Positions 8,751 through 17,632 of a stretch of DNA of 56,932 bases are shown here, one piece after another. Under the pieces are notes generated by a model. It was given only the letters and a program-made list of their open reading frames with translations, had not been told where the DNA came from and ran no database searches. Source of the DNA: an uncultured Gammaproteobacteria bacterium (GTDB taxonomy: Bacteria; Pseudomonadota; Gammaproteobacteria; Magnimaribacterales; TMED112). Made by a program: the position numbers and the translations under genes. How positions within the stretch are numbered: the stretch's first letter is position 1; each line of letters begins with the position of its first letter. The stretch spans positions 1 through 56,932 of the forward strand of contig CAJWNO010000003.1 in the NCBI GenBank assembly GCA_913044115.1, given 5' to 3'.

Positions 8751-10978
8751 AGTTCATCAAAAAGAAAATCTTTTAGAACCGGCATATGTGCTTTAATATC
8801 TTCTTTTTCTCCAAACGTATGGCCTAGCTTTGTCATTGTGAAAGCTTGATAAGGCACATTATTTTTGTCTAGAGCTTCCTTCATTAAATCTAAATGAACA
8901 ATTGGTGATATCTGATCTTGTAGCCCATGCCACATTAAGATTCTTGCATTCATTTTATCTGCATTAAATACAGGTGAAAAATCTACAAGCTGAGCTTGAT
9001 CATCGCCCCAAAACTTTTCAGCAGTTTCCTCATAATCTTCTTGATACGTATAAATGCTTTCATCACTTCCATCTCTAAGAATTTGCATATCATAAACGCC
9101 CATTCCGCCTGCTACGCATTCATATAATTCACTGTGCTTATATGCCATACCTAATGCAGCATAACCGCCATAACTTGCCCCAAAAGCGCAAGTTCTACTT
9201 CTACCAATCCCTAATTCTTTTTGGACTGCTATTGTTGCATCAGCTATATCATTAAGTAATGTACCGCCCCATTCTTTGTAAGCATCCTCCATAAAGTTTT
9301 TGCCGTAACCACCGGATCCACGATAGTTAACTTTTAGAACTGCAGCACCTTTGCTTGCTAAGTATTGCTCAGAAAAATCATATTGATCATAATCTCTAAT
9401 ACCATATGGCCCACCATGAATGTAGACTATTAGCCTTTTCACTTCGCCTTTAGGTAGGGTTAAAAATCCATAAATTGTTTCACCATCTCGAGTTTTAAAC
9501 TTCTTTGAGACCATTTTGTGTAGTTTTTCCTTTGGCACATTGGATGTTCTGCCAATTGGTATAAGAGAACCTTTGGTCAAATCCAACATGAAAAACTCCG
9601 ATACCACTGAAGAGTCTGAAATAGAAAAAATTGCTCTATCATTTTTATCTGTCCAGTTGCCCAATGTAATGTTCTTATCAGGGAAGCTTGGAGCAAGTTG
9701 ACTTAAAATCTGCGCATCTCTTTTTTCTTGGTCAAAGTAAATAATTTCTTTCATACCATCACACTCCATATCAACTGCATAAGGAATGTCGTCATTCAAT
9801 GAATTCATTGCACTGATAACTGTATGACAATCTGAAGGCACAGCTTTCTGGATTTTTTTCGTCTTAAGGTTTAATACACTTACATCATGCGCACCTATAC
9901 CACTCACGCCATACATCCAGAGCAAATTCCCTTTTACAGCGAATGGGGTGTAGTCTTCAAGATCAATATCAATCTTAGTGGTCTTATTGTCAGTATAGTG
10001 AGCATAAACCCCATCTAAATCACTTGAAAAAGTTAAAACAGGTTTCTTATCTTTGTCGAGAATGTAAATGTACGGAATATTGCAAGCACTGTTTGCTCTG
10101 TAACCAACTTTAAACTGACAAGGCTGTTTTGATACATATAGATCAGTTCCATTAGGTTTAACGCCTCTTTTATCGAAGAAAACTCTTCTTAAATGGGCAT
10201 ACCTAAAACCCCTTTTGTTTTCTGCAACTGACATCAAGACAGACTCATCATCGTATTTTGAAATGAATGTTGCTGGTCTGTATCTGTCAGCGAATGTCAT
10301 GCTTCCTTTTTTTGGAGCAGGCTCTAATGGGTATAGAAAATTTTTGAACTCTTTAGTTTCTATATTGAACAACTTAAAGACCCCAAGAGCTTGGAAGACC
10401 TCACCTCTCAGCCTATCAAAGTTTTTACCACATATTTCAACTAAGATTAGTGTATTTGAAACCCAGTTAAACCTGCATAAGAATAATTCTTTGACACGCA
10501 GAACATCATCTCCTGTTTTTTCTAATGCTGCTTTGGCTACTGTTGCTTTTTCAAGTCCCTTTTTAGGATCTAGAAAGTCATCTGTCCTTGCTACTAGCAA
10601 ACCTTCTGTAAATTCATCACTCTTACTTTGAAATGCTAGGTGTTTTCCATCAGGAGAAAGTGCAACGTCAGAAAAGAAACTGCTTTTTAAGTATAGTTCT
10701 AAGTCTTCGTCTGAACCCTCAACATAATTGAAAACGTCCTCATCTATTCCGACAATATCTTCCACCCATCCGTAACCAGAACCACTTGATTGTGCTTGAT
10801 AATACTTGCTTTTCTTTTGCACTCCTTCTGATACAGAGCCTTTTGTGTGATTATCAGGTTTAGAATCAATGACAGTTGAACTGTCCGCAATTGGACGTTC
10901 TGTTGGAGGTGTGTCTGAACCAAATACATTAAAATGCATCAGAAGATTAACGATAATAAGTAGAGTAAGTTTTTTCAT
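8747..10978 (-). CDS. Secreted S9 (prolyl oligopeptidase/dipeptidyl peptidase) family serine peptidase
   Basis: 743 aa. N-terminal signal peptide. C-terminal alpha/beta hydrolase domain with the GASYGGY nucleophile elbow, plus a long propeller-like N-terminal region. Confidence 0.85.
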   Translation of the reverse strand: MKKLTLLIIVNLLMHFNVFGSDTPPTERPIADSSTVIDSKPDNHTKGSVSEGVQKKSKYYQAQSSGSGYGWVEDIVGIDEDVFNYVEGSDEDLELYLKSSFFSDVALSPDGKHLAFQSKSDEFTEGLLVARTDDFLDPKKGLEKATVAKAALEKTGDDVLRVKELFLCRFNWVSNTLILVEICGKNFDRLRGEVFQALGVFKLFNIETKEFKNFLYPLEPAPKKGSMTFADRYRPATFISKYDDESVLMSVAENKRGFRYAHLRRVFFDKRGVKPNGTDLYVSKQPCQFKVGYRANSACNIPYIYILDKDKKPVLTFSSDLDGVYAHYTDNKTTKIDIDLEDYTPFAVKGNLLWMYGVSGIGAHDVSVLNLKTKKIQKAVPSDCHTVISAMNSLNDDIPYAVDMECDGMKEIIYFDQEKRDAQILSQLAPSFPDKNITLGNWTDKNDRAIFSISDSSVVSEFFMLDLTKGSLIPIGRTSNVPKEKLHKMVSKKFKTRDGETIYGFLTLPKGEVKRLIVYIHGGPYGIRDYDQYDFSEQYLASKGAAVLKVNYRGSGGYGKNFMEDAYKEWGGTLLNDIADATIAVQKELGIGRSRTCAFGASYGGYAALGMAYKHSELYECVAGGMGVYDMQILRDGSDESIYTYQEDYEETAEKFWGDDQAQLVDFSPVFNADKMNARILMWHGLQDQISPIVHLDLMKEALDKNNVPYQAFTMTKLGHTFGEKEDIKAHMPVLKDFLFDEL

Positions 10979-11019
10979 AATTAGGTTATTAAAGATACAA
11001 TTTTAACAGAAAAATATCA

Positions 11020-12144
11020 TCAATTTTTTTGAGGTTTAAACAAAAACAACAAGAATAGGAATGTTGCTGGCAACAACCCACTGGAATAAATTCTATGGTC
11101 AGCTATTGGAAACAAAATAAAACTAATCAGCACTCCAAAAGAGAAAGAAGCAAAAATTAGTACTTCATTTTTTAAATATCCTTTATTTTTCTGCATCAAA
11201 TAAATTGACCCTATTGAAAAACTTAAAGCTATTGCAAGCCAGCGATTATAATTCCAATCTGTCAAAGTCCAGAAAAACCAGTAGTTTAGTGACTCAAGAT
11301 ACTGGTTGAAATCAAATGGCGGATCATAACCTATGAAGGTAGTAGGCATACCAATTAGGCTAGAGTGAAAACTCTTCCACCACCCCAATCCACCGATTAT
11401 TTTTGCATTTAGATAATAAACAAATAATGAAACTGATGATAATAGTAGGAAATATATGAATTTCTTATCTTTAAGCAGAAAGAGTGGGATAAGTCCTGTG
11501 TAAACTATATTGCTTGGTCTGACCAATAAAGCGAGTATTAGCAAAAAGAACCCAGCTACTTTTAAATTTCTTAAAATTAAAACTACTGAGCATAAGAAAA
11601 CAAGACTAGATAAAGCATCAGGAGTCATTAGCCTTGAAAGATGAAGAACCTGAGAAAGCACTAGTACTCCAAAGATTGATAAAAAACCAAAAATATTAAG
11701 TTGAAAGAAGAAGCTAACAAAAAGAAAAACTATTCCTAAAACAGAACTCAAAGATATTAGGTTTATCGCCTTATATTCATCTACACCTAAAAAGTCACTT
11801 GTGATTCTTATAAGTTGAACGTACAAGGATTTGATTTGATATGCCGGCATATGTGACGCAAATGCTTCATAGTCACTAGACATTGATTTTCTATAAGCGC
11901 TTGAACAGCAAAGACCATTATAAAATTGAGGTGCTTTTTCTTTCAGAAGATCATAAGAATAATTGTGAGATATTTCATGATCTTGAGTTTGAAGGTATTT
12001 CGCAGATGCTACGTATGGGATTGAGTCATAATTGTAGTAAGGCTTATCGTAGCTATGATTAATAATTAGATTACAAAATAAAAGTGTAGCAACTACTTTG
12101 ATTAAAGCGCTCAACCAAATACTCTTATTAGTTATAATGTTCAT
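11020..12144 (-). CDS. Polytopic membrane protein, possible GT-C-type (GtrC/ArnT-like) glycosyltransferase
   Basis: 374 aa, about 9-10 predicted TM helices. An acidic/aromatic first loop (YDSIPY) follows TM1. Divergent from, and only 15 bp away from, a GtrB-like/GtrA-like pair. The function is inferred from context only. Confidence 0.45.
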   Translation of the reverse strand: MNIITNKSIWLSALIKVVATLLFCNLIINHSYDKPYYNYDSIPYVASAKYLQTQDHEISHNYSYDLLKEKAPQFYNGLCCSSAYRKSMSSDYEAFASHMPAYQIKSLYVQLIRITSDFLGVDEYKAINLISLSSVLGIVFLFVSFFFQLNIFGFLSIFGVLVLSQVLHLSRLMTPDALSSLVFLCSVVLILRNLKVAGFFLLILALLVRPSNIVYTGLIPLFLLKDKKFIYFLLLSSVSLFVYYLNAKIIGGLGWWKSFHSSLIGMPTTFIGYDPPFDFNQYLESLNYWFFWTLTDWNYNRWLAIALSFSIGSIYLMQKNKGYLKNEVLIFASFSFGVLISFILFPIADHRIYSSGLLPATFLFLLFLFKPQKN

Positions 12145-12159
12145 TAATTAGATTCAACA

Positions 12160-13092
12160 ATGAAAACTGTAACTATAATAGTGCCCTTTTACAATGAAGA
12201 AGAAAGTGTAAATACTTTTTTTGAGCACCTAGATAAAACACTCAATGAATTAAAGGAATACCATTTTTCCTTCATATGTATTGATGATGGGTCTACTGAT
12301 TCAACATTAAGCACATTACAACAACAGCAAAATGCCAGGGATATGGAAATAGTTGAATTTTCCAGAAATTTTGGCAAAGAATCAGCAATTACAGCTGGTT
12401 TAGATAATTTCTCTGGGGACGTAGCCATAATAATGGATTCTGACTTGCAAGACCCTCCAAGCCTCATACCTGAGCTATTGCAAAAGTTACAAGAAGGCTT
12501 TGAAGTTGTAACTGCCACTCGTACCGATAGATCTCAAGATAGTTTCTTTAAGAGAACTACTGCTAAGTGGTTTTATAAAGCTCATAACTCCTTTTCTGAC
12601 ATACAAATTCCTGAAAATGTTGGTGATTTTAGAGCAATGACATCACAGGTAGTCCAAGAAATCAGACGCTTAAGAGAAAATAATAGGTTTATGAAAGGTA
12701 TTTTTACTTGGGTTGGCTTTAAAACAAGCACTGTAAATTATGCAAGGCCTGAAAGAGAAAAAGGTGAAACTAAGTGGTCATTAAGTAAATTATGGAATTT
12801 TGCTGTGGATGGTATAACAAGCTTTAGTTCACTACCAATCAAGATTTGGACTTATATTGGTGTCATAATTGCAATAATTTCCTTAATTTATGCTCTTATT
12901 ATTATTACGAGAACTCTCCTGTTTGGTATAGATGTGCCTGGATATGCATCAATATTGGTATTCATTCTATTTTTAGGTAGCTTACAGCTAATAAGCATAG
13001 GTCTTATTGGAGAATACATAGGCAGAATATATATGGAAGTAAAGGAAAGACCAATTTATGTTGTTAAGAGAATACATAAGAAAGAATCGTAA
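12160..13092 (+). CDS. GT2 polyprenyl-phosphate glycosyltransferase (GtrB/ArnC/DPM1-like)
   Basis: 310 aa. GT-A domain (IVPFYNEEES, IDDGSTD, DSDLQDPP) followed by two C-terminal TM helices, the standard architecture of bactoprenol glycosyltransferases. Confidence 0.85.
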   Translation: MKTVTIIVPFYNEEESVNTFFEHLDKTLNELKEYHFSFICIDDGSTDSTLSTLQQQQNARDMEIVEFSRNFGKESAITAGLDNFSGDVAIIMDSDLQDPPSLIPELLQKLQEGFEVVTATRTDRSQDSFFKRTTAKWFYKAHNSFSDIQIPENVGDFRAMTSQVVQEIRRLRENNRFMKGIFTWVGFKTSTVNYARPEREKGETKWSLSKLWNFAVDGITSFSSLPIKIWTYIGVIIAIISLIYALIIITRTLLFGIDVPGYASILVFILFLGSLQLISIGLIGEYIGRIYMEVKERPIYVVKRIHKKES

Positions 13093-13447
13093 AACATTCA
13101 TAAAATTCTGTATTATTGGCTTTCTCAATACATTTATACATTATTTTTTAGCTATAACCCTTTTAAAATCAGGGTATTCATTCTTTTTAAGCAATTTAGG
13201 TGGTTTTGCCTGCGCTTTGGTTAATTCATTTTATGCAAACGCAATTTTTACTTTTAATAAACCAGTAAATCTAGATGCATTCAAAAGGTTTTTGATACTA
13301 TCAGTTGGAGGTGTTCTTGTAACTCTGTTAATAGATAATATTTCGACAATTATTTTAATAAGTGATCAAATTAAGATAATATTCGCAATTATTATAGTAT
13401 TACCCGTAAATTATATTCTTCTGAAATCCTTTGTTTACAAGGTTTAA
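13058..13447 (+). CDS. GtrA-family small membrane protein (putative polyprenyl-phosphate-sugar flippase)
   Basis: 129 aa, 4 TM. N-terminus FIKFCIIGFLNTFIHY is typical of GtrA. Overlaps the GT2 gene by 35 nt. Confidence 0.7.
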   Translation: MLLREYIRKNRKTFIKFCIIGFLNTFIHYFLAITLLKSGYSFFLSNLGGFACALVNSFYANAIFTFNKPVNLDAFKRFLILSVGGVLVTLLIDNISTIILISDQIKIIFAIIIVLPVNYILLKSFVYKV

Positions 13448-13459
13448 ATAGAATATATA

Positions 13460-13638
13460 GTGTTCAAAATATAAAAAATGGTGTTCAAATTAATGATAGT
13501 GTTCAAAATATTGGGTTATTTAGTGTTCAAATCTGTAATTTATCTTAATTTTTTATGTTTTTGGTGTTCAAAATATTCTATTTAACCTTTAATAACCTTA
13601 TATTTATTGATTTAAATGATTTATATAGTGTTCAAAAT
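13460..13638 (+). repeat. Array of six direct copies of GTGTTCAAA(A)T in the largest intergenic spacer
   Basis: Copies at 13460-13470, 13481-13490, 13499-13509, 13523-13532, 13564-13574 and 13628-13638, all in the same orientation. Each is preceded by T[A/G]. Confidence 0.85.
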
Positions 13639-13688
13639 ATATTAATCATTTCATATTATTTATCTATTGTTACAATGTATTCTCTATT

Positions 13689-14528
13689 ATGAAAAGTTTT
13701 TTACCTGTTCTTTTATTACTAGTATCGTTTTCTAGTTTTTCTGCGAAATTAGATAAATTTACATATGATAAATGGGATAAACCTGCTTTAGACGTCTATT
13801 ATCACCTTCCTGAAACCATCAATAACCAAACAAAGGTCTTATTCGTTATTCATGGAAATTCAAGGAATGCTGATAATTACTTAGAAACCTGGATTAAACT
13901 TGCTAAAAACAAGAATTATGCTCTATTTGCCCCCCATTTTAAAAGATCTCAGTTTATAAGCTTTAATACTCTACAAATGTCGACATCTAGTGGAAGAATA
14001 AGAGATGATAAGAATTTATATTTAAATAATTCAATAGATCTTTTGTTTGATTATATAAAGCCCTTATTTGGTCTGAATCAAAAAAAATATAACATATATG
14101 GTCACTCTGCTGGTGCTCAGTTTGTGCATAGATACTTGCTGTTTTCAGACGAACCTAAGGTAAATAGAGCAATAGCAGCTAATGCAGGATGGTATACATT
14201 TCTTGATGGGTCTAATTTTCCTTATGGTATTAATAAACCTCCTATTGAATTTAGCTCACAAAATGTAATTAATTTTCTTAATATGGATCTTCATATACTT
14301 ATTGGGTCGGCTGACACTGATATTACTTCGTCAGTTAATCAATCAGAAGGCGCTAATAATCAAGGTCTAAATAGATTTCAAAGAGCTAATAATTTTTTCA
14401 AATATACAACAAAAATAGTTGAAGAAAACGAGTTGAGTTATAACTGGAGTTTCTTAGTGGTAGATGGGGTGGCTCACAGCAACTCCAGGATGTCTAGAGC
14501 TGCTGCTGAAATTATTTTTGTTAATTAA
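13689..14528 (+). CDS. Secreted alpha/beta-fold hydrolase (esterase/lipase-like)
   Basis: 279 aa. Signal peptide (LLLLVSFSSFSA), GHSAGAQF nucleophile elbow, and an HG motif in VIHGNSRNAD. Confidence 0.7.
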   Translation: MKSFLPVLLLLVSFSSFSAKLDKFTYDKWDKPALDVYYHLPETINNQTKVLFVIHGNSRNADNYLETWIKLAKNKNYALFAPHFKRSQFISFNTLQMSTSSGRIRDDKNLYLNNSIDLLFDYIKPLFGLNQKKYNIYGHSAGAQFVHRYLLFSDEPKVNRAIAANAGWYTFLDGSNFPYGINKPPIEFSSQNVINFLNMDLHILIGSADTDITSSVNQSEGANNQGLNRFQRANNFFKYTTKIVEENELSYNWSFLVVDGVAHSNSRMSRAAAEIIFVN

Positions 14529-14952
14529 CTTGAGCCATATAATTTGTTAAGCGCTCCGCATTAACGGCAATAGTAATTTTTCCTAGTTCTGACATTACTT
14601 TATCCTTATTAATTGGGTTTCCAGCTTGGATTACTCCAACCATTCCAAGAATAACGTGTGGTGTGCATTGGTATACATATACACCCTCTTTGTCTATTAC
14701 AACGCTGACATTCTCGTTTATTTCACCTTTCCAACCTGTTGCACCTTCAGGAATTAAGCCTGCTACAGATTCAGTATTATGTGTAAGATCAACTACTTTA
14801 AAGTTGACCGTGTCACCTACATTAACTTTGAGAAAGCCTGGCTCAAATACCATTCCACCATCAGTACCGAAATTAAGCATTTTTACATCATGTTCAGCAC
14901 TATATGACAGGGTTGAAAACGTTAATAGTGTTATAAATAGTAATTTTTTCAT
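14521..14952 (-). CDS. Pseudoazurin (type 1 blue copper protein)
   Basis: 143 aa. Signal peptide. Cupredoxin with copper ligands in the pseudoazurin pattern: DLTHN ... C-TPH-xxx-M (YQCTPHVILGMVG). Confidence 0.85.
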   Translation of the reverse strand: MKKLLFITLLTFSTLSYSAEHDVKMLNFGTDGGMVFEPGFLKVNVGDTVNFKVVDLTHNTESVAGLIPEGATGWKGEINENVSVVIDKEGVYVYQCTPHVILGMVGVIQAGNPINKDKVMSELGKITIAVNAERLTNYMAQVN

Positions 14953-15005
14953 AAATATAAGATATATTTATGGAGTAATATAATAGATATTTATATTATG
15001 TCAAA

Positions 15006-15082
15006 TGGTAGACCCGATTGGACTTGAACCAACGACCTCTGCCATGTCAAGGCAGCGCTCTAGCCAACTGAGCTACGGGTCT
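15006..15082 (-). tRNA. tRNA-Val (anticodon GAC), CCA encoded
   Basis: Reverse complement reads AGACCCGTAGCTCAGTTGGCTAGAGCGCTGCCTTGACATGGCAGAGGTCGTTGGTTCAAGTCCAATCGGGTCTACCA. Perfect 7-bp acceptor stem, anticodon stem CTGCC/GGCAG with loop TTGACAT, and a GGTTCAAGTCC T-arm. Confidence 0.9.
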
Positions 15083-15086
15083 AAAT

Positions 15087-17549
15087 TTATTCTTCTAACA
15101 ATGTAAAAACTTTTCCATCAAGGAAGTTTGTTACTTTCCAATTTAAATATTGATAATGAGCTTTTACACCAGGATCTCTTGATGTTCCTTTGGTAAATTT
15201 TTGTATATCGATTAAAGAACTAAAAACAGAAGCCTTAGCTATATCGTCGTAAGTACTATCTTCAGCAAATACACTTATTAGTCCCTCTACATAAGCTGAC
15301 TGAAGATTTCTTTTGTATGTATCAGGCATTTCGCCCTTAACAAAAATTCCATCAAATAAATCTTGTAAGACTTCAGCCGGCATATAAGTATTGCCGTATT
15401 GAGCAGAATCAACGAGTCTGGTCATAACATTTGGATGCAATAACGAAGCTAACACTCTACCTTGCATGCCTAGGACCATATCATGTAATTGAGGATCTTC
15501 ATTACCTCTAGTTGAGTAACCAGTAGCTCTTTTTTCTCTTTGTAAGTTTTTGAGGATTTTTGGATCAAAACTCCAGACACCATTAGCAAAGAATTTAGAT
15601 GTTATTAAGTTCATGGCAGCTTTTTGTTTTTCATAAGGTACAGGCTCATATGCATTTTCTTCATCCTGTCCATTTACAAGTCTTGTTACATAAACACCAC
15701 CTATTTGACCAGCAACAATATCCATGAATCTCCCCTTATCACCCACAAGACTGTAAAAAGAATTAGTGAAATCGTTTTTGGTTTCACCTTCATCTGCATA
15801 TATATCAGGAAGTTCAGCTATTTTGTTATCAAGTGTAATAAACCTATCCGCTGTGTATGTGACAACATCATTAGACATATCACCTCTTCTAGCTCTAGGG
15901 TCTATATTTCTTCCAGGTGTGCCCATGGCATCACCATCAGTACCATATGTGTATGCTGGCAAAACTGATAAAGCTAATAATTCAGCTCTCTCTTCATCAG
16001 ATAAATTAGGCTTATACGCAAACTCGATAGCCCACCTGTCATATTCACCTGGCTCAGTGGGAAAATAATTTCCTTGTTCTACACCGGGAGGAGCAATGTT
16101 TATTGGGTCGTAATCCATTATTGAGGAAATTGTGGCGCCGCCAGTTATACTCGTGTCGTGAACTTCCCTTGGGCCATAAAGATAACTAGCACTGAAATTA
16201 TGTCTCAAACCAATGGTATGACCAACTTCATGCATAGTAAGGCTTATCATCCACTGCTCAAGCGGATCGTTTTCAGGAGTCCAGCCCCATAATTTTCTGT
16301 AGTTATAGCCTCTTTTTATTGCATTAAATTCTTGGACAATATCTGCTGCTATTAATTCTCCAGTTCTAGGGTTTCCAATGCTTGGGCCGTACCCAGAAAA
16401 TGCAGGTCTTGGAGATGAAGACCATCTAACAACATTATATTGCACATCGCCAGCATCCCATTCAGCATCATCTGGCTGAATCTTTGCAACTACTGCATTC
16501 TTAAAACCAGCTCTTTCATAGGCAATATTCCAAGCCTCTATACCCTTCACTATCATTGGTTTTATTTCTTCGGGCGTAGCTTTATCAACCCAAAAAACAA
16601 TAGGTTTTACAGGTTCAGATAGTTCAGCACTTGGGTCTTTTTTAATTAATCGCCATTTATTTATAAGGTCTCTTTGTGGGTAATTGTCATAAGTAGACAT
16701 ATCTGTAACTCTTTGAGAAAAATAACCTACTCTTTGGTCAGCTACTCTTGGTTCAAAGTTATCATCAGGCATCTCGACAAATAAATGTCTGGCAACAATT
16801 GACGTGAATCTTGCATCAGCCACTGCGTATACAGCACTTCTCTGATTTGGTGTTGCATTAGCAAATCCATAAGTTACTTCTACAGCAGTGTTTTTAGGGT
16901 AATTTCTTACCTGGTTTATGAATGTCTTGCTACTATCTAATCTTCCAAGGTCAAGGTCAATAAACTCTCTATATTGTCTTGGAAGATTTGGTGATACTGC
17001 TGATAAAGTTTCAGATACAAATAAATCATTAACAGAAATGATTATTCTTCCATCTTCCTCAACCACAATTTCAAATTTATCTAAAAAAGCTTCAAAGACA
17101 TTTGTAAGATCAGCTTTACCGATGTTGTTATCAGTTTCATTTGAAAAATAAGTATTCTTTTTGTGTAAGCTTAGCCCGTCTTTAAACCTTCTAAATTCTA
17201 ATATCGAGCCATCTCCTAGAGCGCCGCCTCTAGTTCCAGCTGCTTGCGGAGCATTCATGGAATAAGCAAAATAGATAAATTCTTTATTGAGATCTTCCAC
17301 TGACAGCTCAAGAAAATATTCATCGTCCTCAATATTTTTATATAATTTTAAAAATCCTTCACTTGTTTCATATTCACCATCTTCAAGAAATTCCTGAATA
17401 GTTTCATAATCTGCAGATTCTTCATCTAGTCCCATTTTTTCTTTCATTTCTGGAGGCATTCTTTCGAGCACTTCTGGAGGGATATTTTGCATATCTGGAT
17501 ATGCATTAATCAAAGATGAAAGTAAGATAATTTGCAATATTCTATTCAT
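15087..17549 (-). CDS. Large secreted zinc-dependent metalloprotease
   Basis: 820 aa. Signal peptide. Zincin motif HEVGHTIGLRHNF. The overall layout resembles the DUF4953/DUF5117-type secreted metalloproteases (by recall). Confidence 0.8.
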   Translation of the reverse strand: MNRILQIILLSSLINAYPDMQNIPPEVLERMPPEMKEKMGLDEESADYETIQEFLEDGEYETSEGFLKLYKNIEDDEYFLELSVEDLNKEFIYFAYSMNAPQAAGTRGGALGDGSILEFRRFKDGLSLHKKNTYFSNETDNNIGKADLTNVFEAFLDKFEIVVEEDGRIIISVNDLFVSETLSAVSPNLPRQYREFIDLDLGRLDSSKTFINQVRNYPKNTAVEVTYGFANATPNQRSAVYAVADARFTSIVARHLFVEMPDDNFEPRVADQRVGYFSQRVTDMSTYDNYPQRDLINKWRLIKKDPSAELSEPVKPIVFWVDKATPEEIKPMIVKGIEAWNIAYERAGFKNAVVAKIQPDDAEWDAGDVQYNVVRWSSSPRPAFSGYGPSIGNPRTGELIAADIVQEFNAIKRGYNYRKLWGWTPENDPLEQWMISLTMHEVGHTIGLRHNFSASYLYGPREVHDTSITGGATISSIMDYDPINIAPPGVEQGNYFPTEPGEYDRWAIEFAYKPNLSDEERAELLALSVLPAYTYGTDGDAMGTPGRNIDPRARRGDMSNDVVTYTADRFITLDNKIAELPDIYADEGETKNDFTNSFYSLVGDKGRFMDIVAGQIGGVYVTRLVNGQDEENAYEPVPYEKQKAAMNLITSKFFANGVWSFDPKILKNLQREKRATGYSTRGNEDPQLHDMVLGMQGRVLASLLHPNVMTRLVDSAQYGNTYMPAEVLQDLFDGIFVKGEMPDTYKRNLQSAYVEGLISVFAEDSTYDDIAKASVFSSLIDIQKFTKGTSRDPGVKAHYQYLNWKVTNFLDGKVFTLLEE

Positions 17550-17632
17550 AGTTTTTCCTTGTATAGTTTTTTATTATTACCATATATGTTGCATTAACAT
17601 TTAAAATCAATGGGAAATTAGACTATCACAAA

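Noticed and set aside
13460-13638. The GTGTTCAAA(A)T array as a CRISPR array
   Set aside because: The repeats are only 10-13 bp. The spacers are irregular (about 8-53 bp) and AT-rich like the surrounding DNA. No cas genes or leader-like organisation are present in the window.
13448-13688. The spacer as a replication origin (oriC-like iterons)
   Set aside because: I saw no DnaA-box-like TTATCCACA/TGTGGATAA sequences. The flanking genes are not origin-associated. Iteron or centromere-like function is kept only as a minor hypothesis in the finding.
13448-15082. The repeat array as an att-type duplication of the tRNA-Val 3' end, bounding an island (hydrolase + pseudoazurin)
   Set aside because: The only similarity is the 6-nt GTTCAA core shared with the T-loop, and it is on the opposite strand to the tRNA. 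I saw no longer duplicate of the tRNA 3' end, no integrase and no obvious compositional break.
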